64,000 nucleotides of DNA, taken from Sphyrna mokarran (Eukaryota). Shown piece by piece: positions 1-11,350 of the stretch; the first letter of the stretch is position 1, and each line of letters starts with the position of its first letter. The DNA lies in the NCBI GenBank assembly GCA_024679065.1, contig JAGIQG010000010.1:64914001-64978000 (forward strand), written 5' to 3'. The notes under the pieces are model-generated. The model saw only the letters and a program-made list of their open reading frames with translations. It ran no database searches and was not told the DNA's origin. Both the position numbers and the translations under genes were made by a program.

Positions 1-9
1 TGTGCATTT

Positions 10-239
10 ATAGAGTCAGAGGTTTACAGCATGGAAACAGGCCCTTCAGCCAAACTTGTCTATGCCATCCTTTTTTTTAGAAACGCTAAGCTAGTCCCAA
101 TTGCCTGCATTTGGCCCATGTGCCTCTATACCCATCGTACCCATGTAACTATCTACTTTTTAAAAGACAAAATTGTACCCATCTCTACTACTACCTCTGG
201 CAGCTTGTTCCAGACATTCACCACCCTCTGTGTGAAAAG
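10..239 (-). mobile_element. CR1-clade LINE (HER1-like) 3' end fragment
   Basis: Reverse-oriented shark CR1 tail (atagagtcagaggtttacagcatggaaacaggcccttc...), running into the RT C-terminal region (ttcacacagagggtggtgaatgtctggaac on minus). Confidence 0.8.
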
Positions 240-1734
240 AGCTATTTCCAGTTATGTCAATCTAAAAGTTCAGATACATTTGTGATCAGTTAATTTTTTG
301 CAATGAAAGCTTGAAACAGTTCAATTTGCAGCTCCTATTTATATTGTCTGTTCTGCATTGATCAGCATTTTCTGATTTATTTCTAGTATTTGTAGTTTTT
401 TTTTCTCTTTATCTCTATTGTGCTCCAGTCTGGAAAACTTGAATTTGTTCTAAAAAAAGTTGCAATTTGAAACTTTTTTTCTCTCTTACAAGCAGGTTGA
501 TGTGTGCTGGATTAAGTGAACGGGCTGTTGGGAGTTAGTTTTGAAGGCTGCTGATGACAGCACCTTCACGAATAAATAGTTGTTAGTGAATGAAAACTGG
601 AAAGGCAAAATGAGTCTATTAATTGGTGCAGAGGGAAGATGAGACTAATATTGGTGTAGTCTTTTTATAAGTGAGGAGATTTCTTATTCTGATGCTGTGA
701 ATAATCTTGTTCAACAAACTAGTGATATTAAAATAAACCAATCCCTTTTTAATGTTCACCTCATTTGTAAGATATTTCAGCCTCCAATAGATCATGCACT
801 TTGTTCTTTCAGTTCCAGATTATGAATCAGTATTCATACATCAAAATCTAATTATCATCACTGCAAAATGCACTTACTCAATCTCTCAGTCATTGGGGTG
901 ATAGAAGTTGCTCTTGTTGAAATTCTAGATGATGAGTCCTTAAAGATCCCTCTCTTCAGTCATCCACCTATCCATCTGCCTATTTAAATTTCTTTCTATC
1001 TGCACCCTTATTTATGTTTCCATTTTATCATTCCGATCTAGATGGATAACAGTTAACCTTGCAGCAAAATCCAACCACAATATTTGGTGATTAAATTGAA
1101 ATTGAGTTCCTTTAAAAAGGGTTAAAATAATTTAGACACTGAAACTTTGTATTAATGAACTTTGGTAAAACAAATGAGGAGAGCAGTTTATAGGATTGCA
1201 TAGGTTAGTGTTGTAACTCATTAGAAATCCCTGATCACAGAGAGAGTAATGCTAATTGAAGGACCGGATTATTTAGGCTCCTTATCACTATATGGCAGGA
1301 TAGAAAGAGAACCAATACTTCTTTGATAATGCATTAACAGGATGGGGAGTAGTGGTAAGGCAGGGACTATTCGGCAAATCAGTAGTTCTGAATGAAGCCA
1401 AATTTTCACTCTAAAGGTACGTGGGCAAATGTGGAAAGCAGCAGTTTCTCGATCACACTTTTCTTTTCAATTTTTGATGGTCTCGTGTAAAGAATCAAGG
1501 GCAGTATTTTCCATCCCCTCCCCACCCCACCCCACCCAACCCCTTGGCAGGATGTTTTGTTGAGGTAGCCTGCCAATGGCCAGCAGCAGGATCTTCCAGT
1601 CCCCCTGCTGCAAACAGATTTTCATGGCCAAGCTTAATTTTATCAACAATTCCAAAGTGCACTTTACAGTGAATCAGTAATGCCAATCCTGTTTGCTTGT
1701 CCTTGACCTTGGACTAGATGTTTCCCCACTGCTG

Positions 1735-1840
1735 ATGATGTGGAATCAGCTAACTGAGCACAGGCCAGGGATTAAACCTGGGAGTTTCCTAATCATGAAG
1801 GAAGTATCACTTTATACGTGCGATCATTCATTGAGCAACA
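1735..1840 (-). mobile_element. Decayed tRNA-derived SINE head
   Basis: Minus strand reads cccaggtttaatccctggcctgtgctcagttagctga, a B-box-like GGTTnnAtCC followed by a motif also seen in the opposite orientation near 4470-4500. Confidence 0.4.
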
Positions 1841-3917
1841 AATAAGCTGGAGTCTTGGAACAATGGTTGCATTTCCATATGAATATAATCAGGTATTTGC
1901 CAGTAATCCTTTCGTAAAGATGGCATTCGCTATACTTCTTGCTGAAATTAATAATAATTTCTTTGGGAGGTGAAAATCAAATTGGTTTTGGCAGAATAAA
2001 TAAAAGTTCAGGTGGGGTTACAGGGATAGATTCTGCGTGGGATTATATGCAGGCTCAATGTGCCGAACGGGCTTCTTCTGAAACTGTCTACATTTTTTGT
2101 TGTCCTTTTACATTCAATCCTTTACTTCAAGGGCTGTCTCAAATTCCAACTTGTCTGTGCAAATTCTATTTTCCAATATACTGCAAAGCTACCAACTAAT
2201 TTGAGGTTTTCACACACATTCTCCTAATTCCCACAGACCTTACATTGAAGTTACAGTGGATGATTGGGAAAACCAATACTTGCTCTGTTTTGTGAAGGAG
2301 ACTCTTGGGAAGATGCTGCTTATTATTTGGCACTTCCAGAAGCTTAAGCGAGGTTTTAAGGTGCCATGAATGCATCGCTGAAAAACAATTCAGATGTTAA
2401 ACAAATGTAATAAAAGTTTTTTTGCAGATTTGATGGCTTGGATAGACAAAGTAAATGTTGTAGAGGTCGGTCTAGTTTTAACCAGGGGTGAGGGGTGGGC
2501 CAAAATTCCCCAACCTCGCCTGCAGCCAGGGTCCCTCCTGTCCCGCTACAATGAAGGGAAGTTTGGCTGATTGCCAAATTCTCCATTCTCACCTGGAGCG
2601 GGGCTTGCGAGACAGAAGAATTCTAGCTGTGAGCATGGACCAGCTGCTTGTGTGGCAGGCTTGCCCTGTTTAGCTCGTGTGAGACTTGAACTGTCTTGGA
2701 TTTCATTAGGTTAGTGCTGGTCCAATTCTCTGACAAGAACAAAATATGAATGGAATGTATTTGGCAGGAGGCAGCCAATGCCAACCCAGGGAACGGTTCC
2801 TGAACAGTGTGGTAAGTAGATTGGGTGGGGTTGAGGATGAAATTCTCGAGAGGAGGGAAATGCCATGGACAGAGGAAAAACTTGAGGCATGGAAGGCCTG
2901 AGGAGTCCTTGATCCTCCAGGCCCACATGGAGATCTTTAATAACATTGAAAATATTTATTTATCTAGGCATCTTCTTACCAGTTTTTTTATGCTCGCTAC
3001 CAAGATGCCATTGACTCTGTTAAGACATCCAACCCAGGGTAAAATAACATTACAAATGATGTCCAACCCAAATGTTTTGCGCCCCTTTTCTAAAATATCA
3101 TCTGAAAACAGCACCCTAATACACATGTACACCAGTGGTATCTAACTGTACCTCACTATCATCTGTCTTAACCCCTCCACAAGCCCAAGATTGTCACTGC
3201 CTTGACTTTACCCAGGTGCCCTTACTCACGAAATGGACAAAGGACATAGCTCAGTTTGCAGATTAACCCAATTTTATTAACAAGTCCTTATCACACAAAC
3301 TCTGTACAAAAGCAACTCTCAATTCTCACAGTAGCTTAATGTTTTATGCTATCTGTCTGAGATTTCTGATATTGATGAACTTGACTAAGTTGCCATGTCC
3401 GATTTGCTGAACTCTGCTGTTTCTTAAACTCATGGTCTTCTTTGCAAAGATTGGTTTCGCGCACCCTCTTCCATTGTCGTTGAGTCTTTGCTGGGGTGAC
3501 CTCCAGGTGTCTCTTGTTATCTCCCTCTTTGCAACCTTCTAGAAGGTTCTCTGGCTTTCAGCCAATGAGGTCACTGAGCGATGACCATAGCACCCAATGA
3601 CGTTACTGATTCCATATATGGAGAATGCCAGAGATATCCACAATAGGCAGGCGAACAGAATGGACAGATGGCAGATGGAGTTCAATATAGATAAACAAGG
3701 TAATACATCGTGAGCAAAAGAAACACTTAATAGAAAGATGCTGATGGATGTAGATGAACAGGGAACCCTTGGGCTTTAAATATATAATTCCCTGTAGGTT
3801 GATTAAAATTATCAAATAAGTTGATTGAATTGCCACTTTGCTGCTGGTTTCATAAATAGTGACATATTGTAAAAGAATAAACATCCAGTGGTGGATTAAT
3901 GCAAATTATCGGTTAGG

Positions 3918-4150
3918 ATGTAAAGATGCCGGCGTTGGATTGGGGTGGTAAGAACTCAGTAAGAATTTAGCAACACCAATTATTAATCCAACCGATTTAT
4001 TTGATAGTAAAAAAGCGAGCTTTCAACACTCTTGTGTCTTCCTCAGGCAAGTGCAGTGTTCTGAGGAAGACACAAGAGTGTTGAAAGCTCGCTTTTTTAC
4101 TATCAAATAAATCGGTTGGATTAGTAATTGGTGTTGCTAAATTCTTACTG
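3918..4150. mobile_element. Penelope-like-element-derived palindromic insertion (inverted pseudo-LTRs plus tail)
   Basis: Arms 3957-4046 and 4061-4150 are reverse complements at 89/90 positions, with a 14-nt loop and a unique tail at 3918-3956. TSD aattatcggttagg (3904-3917) / aattattggttagg (4151-4164). Homologous to the copy at 51185-51407. Confidence 0.85.
4061..4096 (+). ncRNA. Minimal hammerhead-ribozyme-like core (mirror copy on minus strand in the left arm)
   Basis: CUGAGGA-A-GACAC(AAGA)GUGUU-GAAA-GC(UC)GC-UU: CUGANGA and GAAA boxes, stem II and a very short stem III, as described for Penelope-element hammerheads. Stem I and activity are not established. Confidence 0.5.
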
Positions 4151-4945
4151 AATTATTGGTTAGGCCAGAGTTGAATGCCATGTGTAATTTTGGCTACCCA
4201 AATCTAGAAAGGTCATTAAGGCTTTAAAAAGCATACAATAGAGATGCTTCAGGATGATGCCAGTGATGAGAAACCATTGATATGAGGAGAAACAATTGCT
4301 CAGAGCAGAAAAGGCTGCAGGGAAAATTAATTGGAAGTTTTTTAAATTGTAGAGAGTTGTGGCACAATAAATAGAAAAGACTTCCTTTTGGTTGGTGAGC
4401 AAGTTATTAAGTGGGGGTAATGCTTTGCCCTGATGTGGGATAAAGGCCAATTAAGGTGTAATTTTTGTATTCTGACCTGTGCTATGTTAGCTGATTTTCA
4501 GGTTGGATGGAGTAGGTGCTCTAATTGACTATAATGAACTAAGGAAGGAAAATGATGCCAAGGTTCCAGTTCCTGACTGCTGCTTAGCATGCTGAGCTGG
4601 AAAGGATATCTGTCTATGATGACAGACTTGCCTATGATGTATCCCAGATGTGGTTGAATAGTCTGTGCATTGCCTGGGCTAACTATTGAAGGACTGGCAC
4701 TTTTGAAGGCTGCTGCATGGTATGAATGAAACTTCTGCACAATAAAGGTCAGTGCTCTGAGAGAAGGCAGAAAGGTGAAGGTGGGGATGAAAAAGAAACA
4801 TCATTGTTTGGTTTTGAAGATTTTCCTCATGAATCCAAAGATTTGAAATATTGACTAAAGGACAGATTATGCCAGATAAATCAAACAAGTGAGAGCATCT
4901 CCATAGAGCATTAAGGCTGAGGTAAGGTTATAACTTCAGTACACA

Positions 4946-5472
4946 CATAAGAAATAGGAGCAAGAATAGGCCATCTACCCTTTGAGCCTGCCCCGCCATT
5001 CAATAAGATCATGGCTGATCTGAAGTGGATCAGTTCCGCTTTCTCCCATAATTCCCTTGTCTATCAGAAACCTATCTGCCCGTGACTTAAATATATTCAG
5101 TGAGGTAGCCTCCACTACTTCAATGGGCAGAGAATTCCAGAGACTCACCACCCTTTGAGTGAAGAAGTTCCTCCTCAACTCCGGTCTGAACTGCCTCCCC
5201 TTATTTTGAGACTGTGCCTCTAGTTCTGCTATCCTTTTTAAGCAGGAAAAATCTCTCTACCTCTACCCTATCTATCCCCTTCATTATCTTATACGTCTCA
5301 ATAAGATCCCTCCTCAGCCTTCTAAACTCCAATAAGTACAAACCCAGTCTATTCAATCTCTCCTCCTAGGCTAACCCTTTCATCTCCGGTATCAGCCTGG
5401 TGAACCTTCTCTGCACTCTCTCCAAGGCCAATACATCCTTCCGCAAATGCGGCAACCAAGACTGCTCACAGC
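4946..5472 (-). mobile_element. CR1 LINE 3' fragment
   Basis: ORF 4975-5178(-) MRRNFFTQRVVSLWNSLP...SLNIFKSRADRFL is a typical CR1 ORF2 C-terminus. A CR1 3' UTR and tail lie at the left end. Confidence 0.9.
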
Positions 5473-6007
5473 ATATGCACAGCACTGCCAAAACTGCATA
5501 TCAAAGGTCAGATTGACAAAGTAGCGTATCATCTTTTGTTGCGGATGAGCTAAAAGTTCTCACATTCTAGGAAATCCAAGTATTGTCATGTTTAAGCAGA
5601 TCAACACTCAGATTGAAATAAAGCTGAACAATATTTAGTTAAGTGCAATCAATTGATTAATCTAATTATTTGATCTTGTTTTAAGTGCCACTTTGCTGCT
5701 GGCCAATCTGTGTTCATCTGCTCAGGATTTGGTTAAAAGTCATGACATAAACATGTGTTTTTTGGATCACTTTGAGCTATCCATTGTATCTCCCTGCGTT
5801 AGCCATGTGTGCTCATTAAGCAGATCCTGCTGATTGTAAAGTGACCAGCATTTGGTTAACCCTTTCTGAACTAAAATACATTCTGTACGTTCTTTAATTG
5901 ATTTTCTCTGAATGAAGCAATTTCTCATTCTTTAATTCTTTTGCATCAATTTAACCCCAATGCTTCATAACTTCACTGAAGCTGCATGTAGCTTTCTTCA
6001 GTATCTT

Positions 6008-6310
6008 GTGGCATGATAGCACAATGTTTAGCACTGCTGCCTCATAGTACTAGGGACCCAGGTTCAATTCCAGGCTTGGGTGATTGTGTGAAATTTGCAT
6101 GTTCTCCCTGTGTCTATGTGGGTTTCCTCCGGGTGCTCCAGTTTCCTTCCACAGTCCAAAGATGTGCAGATCAGGTAGATTGGTCGTACTCAATTACTCC
6201 TTAGTGTACAAAGATGTGTGGATTAGTGAGGTACCTACATGGGGTTATGGGGATGGAACCTGCATGTTCAGTGGGCCAAATGGCCTCCTTCTGCAGTGTA
6301 GGGACTCTGA
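6008..6310 (+). mobile_element. HE1-type V-SINE
   Basis: tRNA-like head (gcacaatgtttagcactgctgcctca; B-box ggttcaattcc), V-domain gggtttcctccgggtgctccagtttcc, and HER1-like tail gggccaaatggcctccttctgcagtgtagggactct. Confidence 0.9.
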
Positions 6311-6775
6311 GATAAGAATAAATCTTTGGGCCAAGGTCAGGGATCCTGCATCAAATTGTGGATTATGCTTGGTGGACACAGCTGCCACTGTATTTAGTCT
6401 CAAAATGGGAGAATCCCATCCAACATCTTTCTTTAAATATTATTTTTTCCTTTTTTTTCCATTGTCCTTGACATTTCTTCGAACTCAAATTTTCCAAAAT
6501 ATAAAAATCTTTCATGTTTTCCTATTGCCTCCACTTTCAGGTCAAATAAAAGGCCCTGTTTATTTATGGAACCTTTGTAAAAGTCCTTTCCTCCCCTTTG
6601 AAATTTAAAAGCTGAAAAGCAAAGTCCTTATCTATCTCCTAGTGCAAATTTCTAAACTCAACCTATTTACAAACTCATTTCACCTTGGCTTCTTCTTTCA
6701 AATGCACCTTTGCCCCTTTTTACCTTTCAACTCTTTCCATCAAGTTGCCTGTATTCACATTTTCCTAAACATTTT

Positions 6776-6810
6776 ACACACACGCACGTACACATGCGCA
6801 CACACACACA
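6776..6810. repeat. Imperfect (CA)n microsatellite
   Basis: acacacacgcacgtacacatgcgcacacacacaca. Confidence 0.8.
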
Positions 6811-6919
6811 GACTTAACAGATTGAAACAATATTCATCAAAAATATTTTAAAATATAACGTCTGTCTTTAACCTATACTGCTCCACCACAGAAATTACAG
6901 ATAATGTGTGTGGCCCTCC

Positions 6920-7570
6920 AACGACAGACACTTCTGTGGCCACTGGCAATACATGCCCATCTGTTCCACTGTAAATGAAGTCTTGTTCAGATGGCTGCAT
7001 CAGCAACCTGCTATGAGTGCCTGAATTTCCTAAGGCTCTGTTGCTCAGGTGTGTTGGAAAATTAATCCTCTGTCTGTAAAAGATACGTAGAAGATCATAC
7101 CCTCATCTATCTTTGGATCTCTGTGCTCATCCTCTCTGCCCTGTGGAGGGGCATGTGGTGGAGAAGTAGGCAGCTTGTGTTGTCACTGGTGTTGCTCCTC
7201 CTACTGCCACTGGAGCTAGTGGTCTTGATATTGTTGCCCCTCTTGTCCCTCATCAGAAGTGCATTGTGAAACCAAACAGATTGTTCCTGTGCCTGGTGCA
7301 GTCTAATAGCATGAAAGTGCAGTTGAAAATGAATAAAATCTTGGACCAAGAAGTTAGCAATCACCTGTCATGCAGTGATAGCACATTCTGAGAGTTAAAG
7401 TGATTTGAACATCAATCTCTTACCTGACTGTGTCTGCAGCTCTTCAGTTTACTAATCCCAACTTGTCAGTTTTATTGAAGATGCATTCCGAGCTGCCAAC
7501 TTGCCTCATTGACGCTGGCAATTTGCTGACAGGATTGGAAACGGTCATCATGGCAGTTAAAGGCAGAATT
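6920..7570 (-). mobile_element. PIF/Harbinger transposase (HARBI1-like) N-terminal remnant
   Basis: Minus strand of about 6925-7100, read across frameshifts: RIFYRQRINF..PEQQSLRKFRHS*QVAD..EQDFIYSGTDGHVLPVATEVSV. This resembles the Harbinger pattern RVYRQRINFLDMSEQQCLRRLRLS..GHALPVAVKV. The right boundary is uncertain. Confidence 0.7.
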
Positions 7571-7694
7571 GAGAGTTATAATAGCACACAGTAAGGATTA
7601 TTTGAATATTTAATTACTGAAATAATAGCTACATGGGGTCCCTTCTTGCCTTTATACTTTGACCTAGTAAAACACAATATAGGACAGGCTGATC

Positions 7695-7985
7695 GTTTTA
7701 TTGTTTATTTATTAGTGTCGCAAGTAGGCTTATTTTAACACTGCAATGAAATTAATGTGAAAATACTCTAGTCACCACACTTCGGCACCTATTTGGGTAC
7801 ACAGAGGGAGAATTAGCATGGCTAATGCACCAGACCAGCTAATCTTTCAGTGTGGGAGGAAACCGGAACACCCAAAGGAAATCCACGCAGGCATGGAGAG
7901 AATGTGCAGACTCCGCACAGACAGCGAATCAAGCTGGGAATCGAACCCAGCAGCAGTGCTAACCATTGTGCCACAGTGCTGCCCT
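7695..7985 (-). mobile_element. V-SINE (HE1-type head) with a non-HER1 3' tail
   Basis: On minus: head gggcagcactgtggcacaatggttagcactgctg, B-box ggttcgattcc and V-domain. The tail is ...ttcattgcagtgttaaaataagcctacttgcgacactaataaataaac rather than the HER1 tail. Confidence 0.85.
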
Positions 7986-8009
7986 TGTCCTGATGTCAGG
8001 ATCCCAACC

Positions 8010-8450
8010 TGATCTCAGAGTTAGGAGGTTTAACTCCATGTACACACCCAAATCCATCTCCCCTTGTCTGGAAAAGCTCTCCCTTTAACACACAAATCGA
8101 GGCTAACTCTCTACTGAGGGAATGCTGCAATGTCTATTCAATGAGGTGTTAAACTGAGACATTATTTGCTCTCTCTCAGATTGAGGTAAAAGATCCCATG
8201 GCCAATATTTTGAAGAACAGTGGGAGTTAACACTGGTGTCCTGTCCAAAATGTATCCCTTGATTAATATTATTAAATTATTATTATTAAAACAGATTATC
8301 TGGTCATTACCACATTGCTGTTGTGGGAGCTGGCTGTGCACTAATTGGCAGTTGCCTTTGTATAGTGACTACACAACTACCTAATTGGCTGTAAAGTGCA
8401 ATGGGCTGTCTGAGATAGTGAAAGGCATTATACAAATGCAAGTTTTATTT
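8010..8450 (+). mobile_element. Deu-domain SINE (SacSINE1/AmnSINE-like)
   Basis: Contains gtaaaagatcccatggc..ttttgaagaa and cagattatctggtcatt..cattgctgtt..gggagct, plus an L2-like tail ending tgaaaggcattatacaaatgcaag. Confidence 0.75.
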
Positions 8451-8814
8451 GTTTGAAGCTAGTGGTTTGCAAATGCTGATGGGAGCTGAAGATGATGTCT
8501 TATGCAAATATTCATATTGATGGACAGGAGTGTGGCAGCAACCTTTTGTGTTAATGGAGCAGACTTTGTAAAATTTCAAAACAAGAAGAGTGTGGAAATT
8601 AACATCCTGGGGCACAGGAAGTCACCATGGCTTGAAATATTTAGGAAAAGAAACCCTAGCTAGTTTTCATCTCTCTATCCTAGGTATAAAGGACAGTTGA
8701 AGGAGCCCCAGAGTTAAGTCATTGCAGTTTGGAGATTGAAAATGCCCCATATGGCTCACTCTAAGTAATTCTCATCAAGTAATATTTACATATTAGGAAG
8801 ATGACTTGTACCAT

Positions 8815-9440
8815 CACTAAGACTGTGTACTTCCACCTCTGTAACATTGTCCAACTTTGCCCTTGTCTAAGGTGATCTGCTGCTGGCACCCTCATTCATG
8901 CCATCATAACCTCTATATTCGATTTTTCCAACACCATCCTGGCTGGTCTCTCACATTCCCTGCTGAAATATTGAGGCTGTCCAAAGCTTTACTGCCGATG
9001 TCTTAACTTGCAGCAATAAATCCTGTTCCCCTGTGCTTGCTGACCTATACTGGCTGCTGGTCAAGCATGATTTGATTTAAAAATTCTCATACTTGTTTTC
9101 TAAGGCCTCACCCCTCCCTATTATTGTTAGCTCTTCTAGCCTCACCACTCTGAGTTATTGGCATTCCTCTACTTCTAACCTATTGTACACCCCTGATTTT
9201 AATTGCCCCACAATTGGTTGTCGCAATCACAAGCTCTGGGATATCTTCCTTGCTCCTTTCTGTGTCTAGATTTCACTTTCCTCCATTAGACATTTCTTAA
9301 CGCCTGTTTCTTTGACCAAGTTTTTGATTATCTGACCTAGTGTCTTATGTAGTTTGGCCATATGGTTGTTTTCTAATTCTCCTAGGAAATGCTGTTGGAT
9401 GTTTCATTACGTAGATAATGCTATAGTAATATACAATGTT
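8815..9440 (+). mobile_element. L2 LINE 3' fragment
   Basis: Translates to YFHLCNIVQLCPCL..AAGTLIHAIITSIFDFSNTILAGL, matching the L2 motif YFHLRNIARLRP..AETLIHAFVTSRLDYSNALLAGL. Confidence 0.8.
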
Positions 9441-11089
9441 GTTCTCAATTTTGTTTTAGGAGGGCGTACCTTGGAAACCATTTTCAGAATATAAACTTAT
9501 ATGTCTGAAAACTAAATATTTATAAAACAATGAAAATATATATCTTAAGACATTACATCATACTGGAAGTTGAGACCATAGTTTAGATGTTCATGCTTCC
9601 GCCCAAGTTTGAATAGAGGGGTTTGAACTGAAAATTGGCATGAGGGACTCTTTTCTGCAATTCCTGCCACCATTTTGTTGCATAGATTTTTTTTTTGACC
9701 TTGAGATAAGGGTGCAAGTAGTGTAACCACACACAACAATCCCACCATTACTTACTCCATTGCGGGGTGGAGTAGGCATTTTACATCCATTGCTATTCCA
9801 TGGATTCAGGCTTGTGTAGGTAGGCAACATGGTTCATTGCATCTCAGAGGAGATATAAACCAAGGAGACAACTGATTCTGATGTTGCGTACTTTTTGATA
9901 TATGTGTTTCAAATGGTGTTGAGAACTTCATGTGTCATAATGTTAAGGTTTACGATAAATATGTTTTTCACACAGTTTTGAAAGGGGCAAGTGACCATTA
10001 AATTGACCAGCATTGTGAAAGTATTTTTAATATTAATATTTTAACCTGTCATTTTTTTCTGTGAAGTGATCTTTTATTTGATTGACAGGTCAGTCATCTA
10101 TTCAGCCTTTTGAAGCAATGGAACAGATTTGTTCCATTTCTTCAAAAGACATCAATGTATTCAGCTCTAAAGGTTTTGTTGACTCAGCTGTACTTTGGCA
10201 TTCCCTTCTGATACACGGTTGAGTTCCAAATCTCTTAAATGTATCTAGTTTAGCATGGGCTGGTGATGCAACTGTCAAGAGGACTGAGAATTTTTTTGAC
10301 AATTTATGAGCAGTTAATAAGATTTTTTAAAAATGAAGAAGTGTTTGCATAGTTCTTTGTTTAATTTGACAGTTTCATAAACACATAAGGTGTTTAACTT
10401 TTTTAAAAGTGGAACTTGAAGGTTTCTGTGTTTGACAGTTTTATGAGCAGTTATAAGGATTAAAATTTTTGAAGAGAAATTTTAGCAGTTAGAATTAAAA
10501 TGGTGAAATAGAGCCTAGAGGATTCAGGGAATCATCAGATCTTCCCATGGAGCCTCGTGGAGTATAAATTCCCCAATTGAGTGGACAGAGACTTGTCCAA
10601 TGGAAAAGAACAGTGGGAATTTAGAACCACTGTTTCTGCCTGAACCAAGTACTGTAGATCATGGGAGTTTGGCCTGTGTACTGTAGCCATTGAAGCTTTA
10701 TTCACTGTGTAAATAAAGGATGTTGCTGGTGGAAAACTAGCCTTGGTAAGGTTGTTACACTTGCAAAGCAACTGAACTTTGGGACAAGAAGAGGCTGCTT
10801 GGAACTAACCCAGTCAGTGTGGACAGGAGTGCTTTCTGCATTTAGGAGATTTCCTCATTATAGTCAGGAATGAATTACATTCCACATGCCATTCTGCTTT
10901 ATTTGTTGCTGTCATTATATTACTCTAGATTAGGAGTTTAATGTGGGGACATCTAGCCTTGTATAGCTGAGAGTCGCATACATATTTCAGATGTGGTGAG
11001 GAAATGCAAAATAATATCAGATCCCTTCATATGAACGTCAAGCTCCTTGTTTTAAAAAAAAGTAAAACTATATCAGGCACTCCCCCACT

Positions 11090-11350
11090 CTCCTCATTTT
11101 GTCCTCCGCATCCCTAACACTTCATACTCATTTCCACATTATTTTCTTTTTCCTCTGGCCTGTCTCCCTTTTTATCTTTTAGTATCCCCCATCCATCCCT
11201 TCCTCCTTCTGGTCATTTTCCTCTTTCAATGTTCCTCTTGATTTCTCCTGAATTTCTCATTTTTTTTCTCTTCCATGCATCTCTCTGACTCCCTGTCCCA
11301 GTATCCTCTTTGTCCTCTCAGTCTTTCTCATCTACCCTGTCTCCTTCAGG
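11090..11350. repeat. Polypyrimidine (CT-rich) low-complexity tract
   Basis: About 260 nt that are strongly C/T-biased on plus. Confidence 0.6.

Larger units (their letters stand above)
3640..4420 (+). mobile_element. Decayed CR1 LINE ORF2 fragment, split by the insertion at 3918-4150
   Basis: Left part translates to RWQMEFNIDK. Right part translates to LVRPEL..FWLPKSRKVIKALKSIQ..RMMPVMR. Both match CR1 RT C-terminal motifs (WQMEFN.DKC; LVRPHLEYCVQFWSP). Confidence 0.7.

Noticed and set aside
3018-3642. Possible solo LTR (TG..CA ends, minus-strand AATAAA, CCAAT motifs)
   Set aside because: No TSD and no second copy, so the boundaries are arbitrary.
6084-6608. Longest ORF (174 aa)
   Set aside because: It runs through an HE1 SINE and T-rich low-complexity sequence and is not protein-like.
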